Below are positions 20,171-28,616 of a DNA stretch of 64,000 bases, one piece after another. The notes beneath the pieces were generated by a model, which had not been told where the DNA came from, did not search any database, and saw only the letters and a list, made by a program, of their open reading frames with translations. The position numbers were made by a program, and so were the translations under genes. How positions within the stretch are numbered: position 1 is the stretch's first letter; each line of letters starts with the position of its first letter. The stretch is from a virus, in IMG/VR virus record IMGVR_UViG_3300035698_014711, positions 9,297-73,296 of that record. One strand, written 5' to 3'.

Positions 20171-20629
20171 TTAGTCACTAACCGATATATACTCCCATTC
20201 AAGAATAGGAGTAGGTATTGATACATCCGCAAGCTTTGAAAAGACCGTAAACTTTTTCTGACAATCAGCACTGATCTCTTTTGTGATAAAGATCTCTGCT
20301 TTACACAGATCAAGAAGGGGAGTGCATAGGCCGTTCCTACTGTTCATAACAATTACATTATATTCATTGCCGGGTTCTACTTTAGGTTCATTCGAGGCAA
20401 CAACAAGCAGGAAGTTAGATGCTTTCATAGCACCTCCGCCGCCTGAGACTGTGATCAAGACATTCCTGCTGGATGTGATCACATCCGTTACCTTATAAGT
20501 TTTGCCGGCATTAACATTCTGGTACCGGCCTGATTGGCGGCGATACGATGACGAGACTTTCGGCCGGTCAATGAGTTTTACTGTGTCGCCAATCTTTGGT
20601 AATTGACCTGACGAGTATTTAAGTGACAT
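20171..20629 (-). CDS. Hypothetical protein
   Basis: Coupled ORF. Confidence 0.55.
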   Translation of the reverse strand: MSLKYSSGQLPKIGDTVKLIDRPKVSSSYRRQSGRYQNVNAGKTYKVTDVITSSRNVLITVSGGGGAMKASNFLLVVASNEPKVEPGNEYNVIVMNSRNGLCTPLLDLCKAEIFITKEISADCQKKFTVFSKLADVSIPTPILEWEYISVSD

Positions 20630-21338
20630 TTGGTTCTCCTGTTATAGTTACAAAGTTTAGTGTTTCTGCCAGTGCGTAGAGCTTCTCAATATTGAAGCCC
20701 TTGATAATATGGAATGGATCAATCAATACAATTTCACCATTCTTCCGATACATCCAGTTCTCATCATGCGCGTCGAGAAAGAAGCCGTTGTTAGCTGGGT
20801 ACTTAGTGCTTGTGTTAGTATGATCAGTCGGCTTTGGCCCAAAAATATCAGGATCATGCTTATCTATTATGATATCATGCAAAAAGTTCCTGAAGTTTTT
20901 ATGAGTAACTGTTTCTATTGGGTCTCTGCAATTATCTTTCTTCAGAAATTCTGGACGAAGATACTGTTTATATGAGAAGTTCTCAACATCTTCTTCATTT
21001 TCAAACCGCTTGTGGAATCTGATTTTTGTTGACATTTCAGTATCAATAGTATCAAGAGCTTTACATTGAGTCAATAGATCTTCCATGAGAACATAAAGCT
21101 CTTCTTTATCAACATCAATATGGACAGCAAAGATCTTGGGAAATAGACGGTTGGGCTGCGATGTAAGCACCTTGTAAAGAAAATAGGTATAACCATCGCA
21201 CTTAAAATCATTTGTTACTTTTAGAACAGTGCCCTTAACCTGACCCTCATAGACCGTGGAATGCATACCTTTACCAGATTGACTATCTGATCCGTGCGAG
21301 CCAATCGGGTCTTTACTAAAGTTTCCAATATCTAACAT
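20619..21338 (-). CDS. Second Ser/Thr kinase-like protein
   Basis: GKGMHSTVY..VLKV..MEDL..DAHDENWM..VLIDP; own early promoter at 21371-21400. Confidence 0.7.
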   Translation of the reverse strand: MLDIGNFSKDPIGSHGSDSQSGKGMHSTVYEGQVKGTVLKVTNDFKCDGYTYFLYKVLTSQPNRLFPKIFAVHIDVDKEELYVLMEDLLTQCKALDTIDTEMSTKIRFHKRFENEEDVENFSYKQYLRPEFLKKDNCRDPIETVTHKNFRNFLHDIIIDKHDPDIFGPKPTDHTNTSTKYPANNGFFLDAHDENWMYRKNGEIVLIDPFHIIKGFNIEKLYALAETLNFVTITGEPNVT

Positions 21339-21436
21339 TTTCACTGTCCCATAATAAAGTATAGAAATACTTATACCATACAACTGTGATCATGTAAACA
21401 AAAAAGTCCTGGTTTCCCAAGACTTTTTCTTAGTTG

Positions 21437-21730
21437 TTATTTATCAAACCTGACTGAGGCTTTGTTGCTTGGTCCTGTTGGAACCTCAGGTGACGCAACA
21501 AGCTTAAAGTAAGGTTTCATGTTTTCTATATTCATATTGTCTTGGAACCAGTCTAAAATTTCAACCGGATCATCTTTAGCTTCAGCAATTTCTTCAGCAA
21601 AGACTTTATTGTAATCTCCACCGTGTTTTTTAGCTAAGCTTGCATAGTAGTCAGCTCGGTTCAGGACAATAGGCATAGTTGGGATAGACCAAATATAACC
21701 CAATTCTTCAATATATAGAATTTTAGCCAA
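21437..21730 (-). CDS. Hypothetical protein
   Basis: ORF followed by terminator-like hairpin at 21401-21430. Confidence 0.55.
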   Translation of the reverse strand: MAKILYIEELGYIWSIPTMPIVLNRADYYASLAKKHGGDYNKVFAEEIAEAKDDPVEILDWFQDNMNIENMKPYFKLVASPEVPTGPSNKASVRFDK

Positions 21731-22136
21731 TTGCTTCCCTTTCTATCAAAGAATTTATAAGCTTAGGCCGGATCATACCTAGAACCTCAGCAGCATAAGA
21801 AATTGCCTCATATTGCTTGAACCACCGAGACTTTAGCAATGAATAAGCGTCAAGAGTTTCTTTAGTACCATCAGTCTTTAGTTTCTTGTCATACATAAAG
21901 TGAAAGCCCGAACGTTCAAACTTGCTGCCATAAAGATAGTTGATGGCAATCTCAAGACCATAAATCTTGCAGGACAAATTGTACTTCTTTTGATCTGCAG
22001 CTGATTGCTCATCTGGTGAATGATGCGAAGGATATAGTCGGCCTTCCTTCTGGGTTGCTACCTTACTGGCAAGAATTGACTTTAAGACTAAGATTTGAGC
22101 CTTGTTGGGGTTATTAGTAACTGCATCGAGTTTCAT
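21723..22136 (-). CDS. Hypothetical protein
   Basis: ORF with RBS. Confidence 0.55.
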   Translation of the reverse strand: MKLDAVTNNPNKAQILVLKSILASKVATQKEGRLYPSHHSPDEQSAADQKKYNLSCKIYGLEIAINYLYGSKFERSGFHFMYDKKLKTDGTKETLDAYSLLKSRWFKQYEAISYAAEVLGMIRPKLINSLIEREAIG

Positions 22137-22213
22137 TTTTAATTCCTAAAATAAGTTGCATTGTGAAAAGATCGAGATGGATTTTAGGGAGGCTTTTGAA
22201 TCTAGAACATAGT

Positions 22214-22459
22214 CTAATATCCCTCTACGAGGCTGTACTCATGCTGCTGAGGTGCACCATAGATTGCCCGGTCTACCTTTTCAGTCTCTGCTATTGCTGC
22301 AATTCTTGTGTCATATTTCTTTGCAAAAGCATCAGCATACCTAAAGCAATCATCTGTCAGTTCAGAAATAGAACCATCCCAAGAACCTGTAGCACTGCCG
22401 GCAGCTAAAACACCAACCGCAAACTTTACAGCAATATCTAATTTTTCTTTTTCTGTCAT
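22214..22459 (-). CDS. Hypothetical protein
   Basis: ORF with GAGGA RBS. Confidence 0.5.
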   Translation of the reverse strand: MTEKEKLDIAVKFAVGVLAAGSATGSWDGSISELTDDCFRYADAFAKKYDTRIAAIAETEKVDRAIYGAPQQHEYSLVEGY

Positions 22460-22475
22460 TATATCCTCTTATATT

Positions 22476-22544
22476 TGGTGCAGCTGATGAGAGTTCAACT
22501 CTCATCATGGATTTTAGAGATCCCTGCATATCCTGCTGAGCTAC
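22476..22544 (-). tRNA. Compact tRNA-like gene with CTA (amber) anticodon
   Basis: GTAGCT/AGCTGC acceptor, GGAT-CTCTAAA-ATCC anticodon arm, GATGAGA/TCTCATC T arm, ACCA end. Confidence 0.55.
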
Positions 22545-22560
22545 GGGGTGATGTTAGATG

Positions 22561-22992
22561 TTAGCCTAGTCCTTTTTTGCCGGCACGAATATCATTCATA
22601 CATTCAGCAACAAAGAGAGAATGGCCTCCTTTGAGAAGCACTGTGACACCAAGTTCTGCTTTAACCCAATCGGGATAAAAGGCCACAATTGAAGTCACGT
22701 CAACATCAACTGGAGCGTTCTCAGGGGGGAGAGTGAGAGTGATCATATTTGGAAACAAGTGTTTACGTTCCGACGCCTTAGCTGCAGCCTCATCTTCCAT
22801 GGCTAATACCGCCGAAGCCTCATTGAGCCACTCGGCCCGCGCATCATCACCCCTGCCCATCTTGCGCTTGATGATTGGAGCAGTAATAGAGTCTGCAGTC
22901 TCGATAAACCGCTGCCGAGCCGCATGTTCGAACATACGCCAATCATCGGTTGAGCTTGCAAGCAACATCTGTGTTTCGGTCATGACATACAT
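22561..22992 (-). CDS. Hypothetical protein
   Basis: Preceded by PeSL-like promoter. Confidence 0.55.
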   Translation of the reverse strand: MYVMTETQMLLASSTDDWRMFEHAARQRFIETADSITAPIIKRKMGRGDDARAEWLNEASAVLAMEDEAAAKASERKHLFPNMITLTLPPENAPVDVDVTSIVAFYPDWVKAELGVTVLLKGGHSLFVAECMNDIRAGKKGLG

Positions 22993-22995
22993 AAT

Positions 22996-23044
22996 TCACT
23001 CCTTGGTTGATTATTTATACCATAACCAAGGAGTGATGTAAACC
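22996..23044 (-). promoter_or_regulatory. Early promoter with stem-loop (PeSL-like)
   Basis: 13-bp inverted repeat TCACTCCTTGGTT/AACCAAGGAGTGA linking promoter spacer and RBS. Confidence 0.75.
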
Positions 23045-23045
23045 C

Positions 23046-23324
23046 TTAATCTGCAATCTTTTGAACTTTGTCCCGAAGGACCATCACCTGAACAAGCCGA
23101 CGCTTTTCTGTGAGTTCTAATACAACTTCTTCAGCCAACTCTTCCCAGATCTCGTTGTGCAATTTGATATCACAAACCTTTGAGATCTGAAAATAAGACT
23201 CAAGACACCGGCGAGGAGAAATAAGACCGGGAAGTTCAACAGCAGACTTATTTGAGACCATATTCATCACTCGATGATAAGCTACTGCAAGACGGGCTGC
23301 ATTCAGTGTTGATACATTAGACAT
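23046..23324 (-). CDS. Hypothetical protein
   Basis: Lies between two PeSL-like elements. Confidence 0.55.
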   Translation of the reverse strand: MSNVSTLNAARLAVAYHRVMNMVSNKSAVELPGLISPRRCLESYFQISKVCDIKLHNEIWEELAEEVVLELTEKRRLVQVMVLRDKVQKIAD

Positions 23325-23327
23325 AAT

Positions 23328-23378
23328 TCACTCCTTGGTTAAGTTAAGTATAACCTATCCAAGGAGCAGTGTAAACAC
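23328..23378 (-). promoter_or_regulatory. Early promoter with stem-loop (PeSL-like)
   Basis: CTCCTTGG/CCAAGGAG inverted repeat plus GTTTACA -35. Confidence 0.7.
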
Positions 23379-23383
23379 CTAAG

Positions 23384-24823
23384 TTACTTTCTTTTCTTAA
23401 GCCATGGCTTGTCAATCTCACCAGCCATCATAGAACCCAAAGGAAGGATTTCATCTACAATGTTAGCAAGCTTATAGTCTTCAATTTGACGGCGGACTTC
23501 TGCTGCAGACTTATAGGCGCCGGGAAGTTCAGAAGGATCTGGCATCCCAGTATAGAACCTAGCATCAATATGACCAGCCTGTTCCTCCATAATCTGAGCA
23601 GTAGTCTTATGAGCATTCAATTTCTTGAATTTAGTCCGAGACATATTCCGTCCAGCCCCATGAGGAGCAAACCCGAACTCATTCTTTTCATGATCTTTTA
23701 CAATCAAGATAGGCTCGCCCATGTTTAAGGGAATAATAGTTCTTCCGTGGATATCTGCGTCGTGAGCGTGTTGACCGAACACAGGTGTAGAACCCTTGGC
23801 ATGGTAGAAGTTTTCTCCTTGCTTAAAGACAAAGTTATGCTCATTCCAGAAACGGTCGATAATGTTTGGAGTATCCATATTCATTGCACGCATCACAGCA
23901 TCATGGATCACAGTATGGTTCCACTTTGTCCATTCTCGAATGATTTGCAAAGCTTCCCAATATTCCTTACCTTCTTCGGTATCATATGGAATCCAAGCAT
24001 TGTGCTTTGGAATGTCTGGAGCAATTTCTCTCCGAACAAGTTCAGCTGCAATCATGCCATTCTTATATAACAAAGCTCCAGGCTTACGAGACCCGTGATG
24101 AGTAATGAAAACAAGCTTTCCGTCAGACTTTGCTTTGCCTACATAGAAGAAGTGGTTTCCATCACCCTGAGTTCCAAGATGATCAGACATTGCTTTAAGC
24201 ATTTGAACTGATGCAAGGAAACGGTTATCTTTTGCTCGGTTGGTGATAGGACCAGAATGTTCCATCGACAGGTCTTTTCTTCCCCCAGGCCCAAAATGAG
24301 ACTGAGCTTGGACATGATCAAGAATATCAGCCACATCAAATTCGTCTGCATCAAAATCAAACTTTGTCAAAAACATTGAGCAGCAAATATCAGCAGAGTG
24401 CATTCCTGGATGGATAGCATTCTTAGCTACTGCTACAGCCCCAACAGGAATAGTTCCTAATGTGCCCCCAGCTGGACAAGCATCAGGGAGTATAGCAGCA
24501 TCTACAATGGTGGGAATTCTCATCAATTCAGCCATATGCTCATGGACTGCAGACATGTTTTCTTTTTCATACTCATTGTTGCCAGCATCAGCAAAGACAT
24601 GGTAGGGCTTCTTAAATTTCTCATCCAAAAAGACCATGTTCTCTGCTCGGTCACGGCGAATAGTTTCCTCCATATCATTATGCTCTTGAATCATCTCAAA
24701 CATTGCTTCTTCGATGATAGTTTCTTCAATATCATTCTCATGCAAGGCTGCAGCAACTGCTAACATGTCTGCAAAATGTGGCCCGGGTTTACACCCGAGC
24801 TCTATTAGTCTGTTTCCGTCCAT
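23384..24823 (-). CDS. rtcB: RtcB RNA 3'-phosphate ligase
   Basis: PDAC..IPVG..SADICC..GTQGDGNHF..HHGSR..NEHN..HGAGR..ELPGAYK. Confidence 0.92.
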   Translation of the reverse strand: MDGNRLIELGCKPGPHFADMLAVAAALHENDIEETIIEEAMFEMIQEHNDMEETIRRDRAENMVFLDEKFKKPYHVFADAGNNEYEKENMSAVHEHMAELMRIPTIVDAAILPDACPAGGTLGTIPVGAVAVAKNAIHPGMHSADICCSMFLTKFDFDADEFDVADILDHVQAQSHFGPGGRKDLSMEHSGPITNRAKDNRFLASVQMLKAMSDHLGTQGDGNHFFYVGKAKSDGKLVFITHHGSRKPGALLYKNGMIAAELVRREIAPDIPKHNAWIPYDTEEGKEYWEALQIIREWTKWNHTVIHDAVMRAMNMDTPNIIDRFWNEHNFVFKQGENFYHAKGSTPVFGQHAHDADIHGRTIIPLNMGEPILIVKDHEKNEFGFAPHGAGRNMSRTKFKKLNAHKTTAQIMEEQAGHIDARFYTGMPDPSELPGAYKSAAEVRRQIEDYKLANIVDEILPLGSMMAGEIDKPWLKKRK

Positions 24824-24834
24824 AACTTTTCCTA

Positions 24835-25488
24835 TTATGTTTTTGGTCGCTTGACCAAGGCATCCTTTGACGGACAATTATTCCCTGGCTTGTAAGAGCT
24901 CATGAAGTTTACCCGTGCTTCATCTCCACCATTTTCAATCCAGATACCCTCTGTTTTTCCACCCCAGGCCTGATACGTTGGTTTTGCTTCATAGATAAAG
25001 GCATCACCATCACCGTCTACTGCCAAATATTGGAACTTAGGATCAATTTGGCTCCAGTCAATAGAAGGCTTTACAACTGGCTTTGTCACGAGACGATAGA
25101 CTCGGTTGGGGAGCAATTTAAAGACAGAGCCTTGCTTCCAGATTCCATCACCACCTATACGGTGCCCCGCATATGTCTTTACTACTTCAGTCCATGCACC
25201 AAGTTTCGTATAGACTTCAATTGGTCCTGCAGATTCAGCAAAGGCATCCTGCATCTCTTTTGACAATAGCCCGTAAGCAGTTGTGTTCTCAACAAGCTGC
25301 TTAGTGCATCGCGGGACAAGTTCAAAATAGCCCGCGGTGCTGCTCCACTGATTGATAACCTCAATTGCGCCGGCATATGGTACGTCTAGAACTACGTACT
25401 CAGTACCGACAATACCGAAGCGGCTGGGATCATGTGACTCTACAGTCCTGATAACCGTATCACCTACATTAAAATTATGCTTATTCAT
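24835..25488 (-). CDS. Hypothetical protein
   Basis: C-terminal KPSIDWSQI..YLAVDGDG..KP module common in phages. Confidence 0.55.
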   Translation of the reverse strand: MNKHNFNVGDTVIRTVESHDPSRFGIVGTEYVVLDVPYAGAIEVINQWSSTAGYFELVPRCTKQLVENTTAYGLLSKEMQDAFAESAGPIEVYTKLGAWTEVVKTYAGHRIGGDGIWKQGSVFKLLPNRVYRLVTKPVVKPSIDWSQIDPKFQYLAVDGDGDAFIYEAKPTYQAWGGKTEGIWIENGGDEARVNFMSSYKPGNNCPSKDALVKRPKT

Positions 25489-25669
25489 AGCAAATCTCCT
25501 AGATTTTTACATATTTTCTAACAAAGAGAGCAAATCTCTTAATTAGTTTGGATCGAATTCGTTGCCTAATGAATGCCATGAAGCCTCTTTTCCATAAGGC
25601 TTTAATAGGCCACCAGTAAGAAAGAACTTTATAGAAAAACATTAAGTATCTCCAGATTTCAATATCTCG

Positions 25670-26026
25670 TTAGAGAATTGCTTTCCAATGTTTATTAAAC
25701 TCTGTCATATATGACTGAATATTTTCTGCTCCAACCGGATTAGCACTATGCACATGCCAGCTAAAGTCAGGGTCATATTTTACTTTTTGGTCTAGAATAT
25801 AATCACAGATCCATTTTGCAAAGGTGAAGCCGGTCTTTTCTTCGTAGAATTTGCCGACATCAGCCAGATCGTGATCAAAGCTAACAAAGCTTGGAAGTCC
25901 GTATTGCGTGACTGCCCAAACAGCATCATTCATTGACCGGCAGATTACTAGCTCTTTAAGAGGAGCATAGTCATATTTTACTTGAGATGGAAAGCGGATA
26001 TCATCTAAGAAAAGTTTCCAGTTCAT
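25670..26026 (-). CDS. Cyclic-phosphate-processing receiver-like domain protein
   Basis: KLFLDDIR..SFDHDL..TG..VHSANPVG. Confidence 0.8.
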   Translation of the reverse strand: MNWKLFLDDIRFPSQVKYDYAPLKELVICRSMNDAVWAVTQYGLPSFVSFDHDLADVGKFYEEKTGFTFAKWICDYILDQKVKYDPDFSWHVHSANPVGAENIQSYMTEFNKHWKAIL

Positions 26027-26098
26027 TCTGTTTCACTCCTTGTTGAGACCATACTATACTAAAATGGGCACAAAGTAAACACTTCATGCCCATTCTTT

Positions 26099-26575
26099 TT
26101 ACCAAAAGTCGTAATAAAATTGCTTGCTAGAGCGGCGGGTAGGAAGAGGAATTTTCTCCCACTCATCTTTAATAACTTTGTTGCAAAACTCTTTATTTTC
26201 ACGCCGAAGAAGCTTCTTGCCAGCATTCTTATAGCCAGTCTTTCTTCCAGTCTCAGTGACACCATCACGGGTGTACTTATCTCTAAATGCCTTCCTATCA
26301 GAAAGCTGCTCTTCAAAAGAATATGGAACAGTAACCATTTTCCATTGGGAGACATGAGCCTTGTGAAACCAATTGAAAAGACGTTCAATAAGAGTTGCAT
26401 TTTTCAAAGCAATGGCATAATCAAGATCTGCTTTCTTGATAAGAATCTCAATTTCATCAGCAGTCCGACGTTTGCGCCCGCACCGAGTCTCATCCTCATG
26501 AAAGTAGCAGTCATTGAGATAGTTGATTTCACTTTCCCGCTCAATAAAGTGGGTCTTTCTGTAAGTTCTAGACAT
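26099..26575 (-). CDS. Basic hypothetical protein
   Basis: MSRTYRK..W; strong RBS. Confidence 0.6.
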   Translation of the reverse strand: MSRTYRKTHFIERESEINYLNDCYFHEDETRCGRKRRTADEIEILIKKADLDYAIALKNATLIERLFNWFHKAHVSQWKMVTVPYSFEEQLSDRKAFRDKYTRDGVTETGRKTGYKNAGKKLLRRENKEFCNKVIKDEWEKIPLPTRRSSKQFYYDFW

Positions 26576-26804
26576 TCTTTTCTCCTAAGCTAAATAGCTT
26601 AAGCGTTGATGTCATTCTCATAGTAGTTCATTTTGTTTCCTTATCTGTAAATAACTAAATGTTACCTTTAACCCAATCAATCTTTTGATGCCAACCGATC
26701 TTTTGGGCTTCTGTATAATCATTATTCCAATCGCCGGCGTTGACGCGCAGTGCTAACTTTTTAGCTAAGTTTTTAGTATGATCAGAGAATTTCATAGTTG
26801 CTCC

Positions 26805-26878
26805 TGGATACCCGGGCTGGACTCGAACCAGCATTAACAGATTCAGAGCCTGCTTTCCTGCCATTAGAAGACCGGGTA
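26805..26878 (-). tRNA. tRNA-Gln (CTG)
   Basis: Full cloverleaf, GGTTCGAGTCC, CCA. Confidence 0.9.
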
Positions 26879-26881
26879 ATG

Positions 26882-27124
26882 TTATGCTTCAATATCAGTA
26901 TTACCTGAACGTAGAAACTCCATTCTTTCTATAGTTTCTTCTTGTGTCATACAATAAAAGCCTTCCAGAACTACACCTGTGGGTAATACAAAGTCTGTAG
27001 CTTCTAATGAAGCAACCGTTGCTTCGCATTGCTCCATACTTACTTGAGGGTGAGGCAATACCTGAGGGTGAAAAGATGCTTGTCCGTTAATGAAGAAGAT
27101 AGTAACTAAGAATAAAGTTTTCAT
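26882..27124 (-). CDS. Hypothetical protein
   Basis: 80-aa ORF between tRNAs. Confidence 0.5.
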   Translation of the reverse strand: MKTLFLVTIFFINGQASFHPQVLPHPQVSMEQCEATVASLEATDFVLPTGVVLEGFYCMTQEETIERMEFLRSGNTDIEA

Positions 27125-27139
27125 TTAAGTTTCCTTTTT

Positions 27140-27231
27140 TGGCAGAAGCAGGGAGAATCGAACTCCATACGCCGAGAGACGCACGATAAGATTAGCAATC
27201 CCTCCTAGGAACCATCCTAGTTCTTACTTCC
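27140..27231 (-). tRNA. tRNA-Ser (GCT)
   Basis: TTGCTAA loop, long variable arm, G73-CCA. Confidence 0.8.
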
Positions 27232-27234
27232 ATT

Positions 27235-27310
27235 TGGAGTTAGTGCCCGGACTCGAACCGGGGCCTCAAGGATTTGCAATCCTGCGCATTAACCGCTTTG
27301 CTACACCAAC
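27235..27310 (-). tRNA. tRNA-Cys (GCA)
   Basis: Canonical cloverleaf, U73-CCA. Confidence 0.92.
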
Positions 27311-27331
27311 ATATTTCTTAAGTATTTATAA

Positions 27332-27406
27332 TGGTGCTTCCAGCAAGAATCGAACTTGCGGCTGACCCTTACCAAAGGTCTGTTTTACCATTGAAACTAT
27401 GGAAGC
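27332..27406 (-). tRNA. tRNA-Thr (GGT)
   Basis: Canonical cloverleaf. Confidence 0.92.
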
Positions 27407-27409
27407 GTA

Positions 27410-27497
27410 TGGAGGAGAGACAGGGAATCGAACCCTGGAGACACTCGCATGCCTTACTGATTTCCAACCAGCTGCCTTACCGCTCGGCCACCTCTCC
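27410..27497 (-). tRNA. tRNA-Ser (GGA)
   Basis: Class II cloverleaf. Confidence 0.88.
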
Positions 27498-27501
27498 GTA
27501 T

Positions 27502-27629
27502 TGGCCCTTGCTGCGGGAATCGAACCCTAGTAAATAACTGCTTCATGTAGAGCTCGAGTTAACATGAAACATCTATCTACAACTTCCATCCGCTTTCACA
27601 CGGCTACTCTACCATTGAGCTAAACAAGG
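27502..27629 (-). ncRNA. 128-nt tRNA-like RNA with very long variable hairpin
   Basis: CCTTGTT/AGCAAGG acceptor, canonical D arm, GGTTCGATTCC, CCA; about 55-nt insertion. Confidence 0.65.
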
Positions 27630-27708
27630 ATATTAAGTTAAGTTACAGGTCGAGCCGACAAAGTCATATTACTACCTTTCACGAGTGAGCTGATAGCCCG
27701 TAACTTAT

Positions 27709-27782
27709 TGGTGGACCGGGTGGGGATTGAACCCACGTCCTGGGATTAAGAGTCCCGTGCTATACCACTCAGCTACCGGTCC
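27709..27782 (-). tRNA. tRNA-Lys (CTT)
   Basis: Canonical cloverleaf. Confidence 0.92.
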
Positions 27783-27892
27783 GTATTCTTATGCACCGTC
27801 ATCATCACGAAGATCATCTTCATCATCTGTCTGGATTGTGCCATCTTCATCATAAAACCAAAAATCATCCATCATCATTCCATTCTATAAGT

Positions 27893-27984
27893 TGGTAGAA
27901 GTGCCAGGAGTTGAACCTGGTCGAGAACGGTAATCTGCCGCTGAAAGACTTATAAGATCTCCCTGTGTACCAACACCCACTTCC
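27893..27984 (-). tRNA. tRNA with TAT (Ile) anticodon and long variable arm
   Basis: GAGAT-CTTATAA-GTCTT; class II body; A73-CCA. Confidence 0.75.
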
Positions 27985-27990
27985 GTTATT

Positions 27991-28077
27991 TGGTATAAGC
28001 GTGAAGGTATTGAACCTTGGAATACCGCTTTACTAGCTCGCAAATATTCCAGCAGACCACACTGCCATACGCCCTCA
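27991..28077 (-). ncRNA. Atypical tRNA-like gene (anticodon unresolved)
   Basis: D-like GCAG/CTGC, T-like AAGGTTCAATACCTT, CCA; extended GGAATA/TATTCC arm. Confidence 0.45.
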
Positions 28078-28081
28078 GTTA

Positions 28082-28351
28082 TTACATTTTATGTGATCTC
28101 TCACATTGTTCTGTAATTGCAGCATCAGACAAATCGAGATTAGGACGTGTCAGACCCTCATAGCAAATCAGGTCCTGTTTAAACCCAAAGTCATTTTCTG
28201 AGTTAACATACATTTGGATGAACCGTCCAGCACCATTAGGATAGCTCAATAGAAACCTTGCAGAAAGTATACCTAAGGCAATCTCCTGTGAGATAAACTT
28301 ACCGGTGAAGTGTCCTCGAAGACAGTTCCCTAGGGTATATGACTTTTCCAT
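28082..28351 (-). CDS. Hypothetical protein
   Basis: ORF in operon. Confidence 0.45.
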   Translation of the reverse strand: MEKSYTLGNCLRGHFTGKFISQEIALGILSARFLLSYPNGAGRFIQMYVNSENDFGFKQDLICYEGLTRPNLDLSDAAITEQCERSHKM

Positions 28352-28352
28352 A

Positions 28353-28559
28353 TCAAGTAGTCTCTACTGTCTCCATGACAGCCTGCAAAAGTTTGTCATA
28401 ATCACCTGACATTGCTTTAGTCTCAAACTCTGCAATATCATCTGCAGAACAACCACCGCGGCGCATTGCTTTCGCGGTGCGTCCGATGACAGAGAAAGCA
28501 TTACCGTCTTCGCCTACAAGACACACGATAACATTTGGAAATTTAACAGTCATGATCAT
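28353..28559 (-). CDS. Conserved small phage protein
   Basis: LVGEDGNAFSVIG..AMSGDYDKLL; early promoter at 28587-28615. Confidence 0.7.
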   Translation of the reverse strand: MIMTVKFPNVIVCLVGEDGNAFSVIGRTAKAMRRGGCSADDIAEFETKAMSGDYDKLLQAVMETVETT

Positions 28560-28616
28560 ATCCTCATTGTGTTTTGTTAAGACTAAACTAACATACAACA
28601 GGGCCAATGTAAACCA

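Noticed and set aside
22481-22510. Hammerhead ribozyme (CTGATGA)
   Set aside because: No matching GAAA core or three stems; it is the antisense of the tRNA-like T arm.
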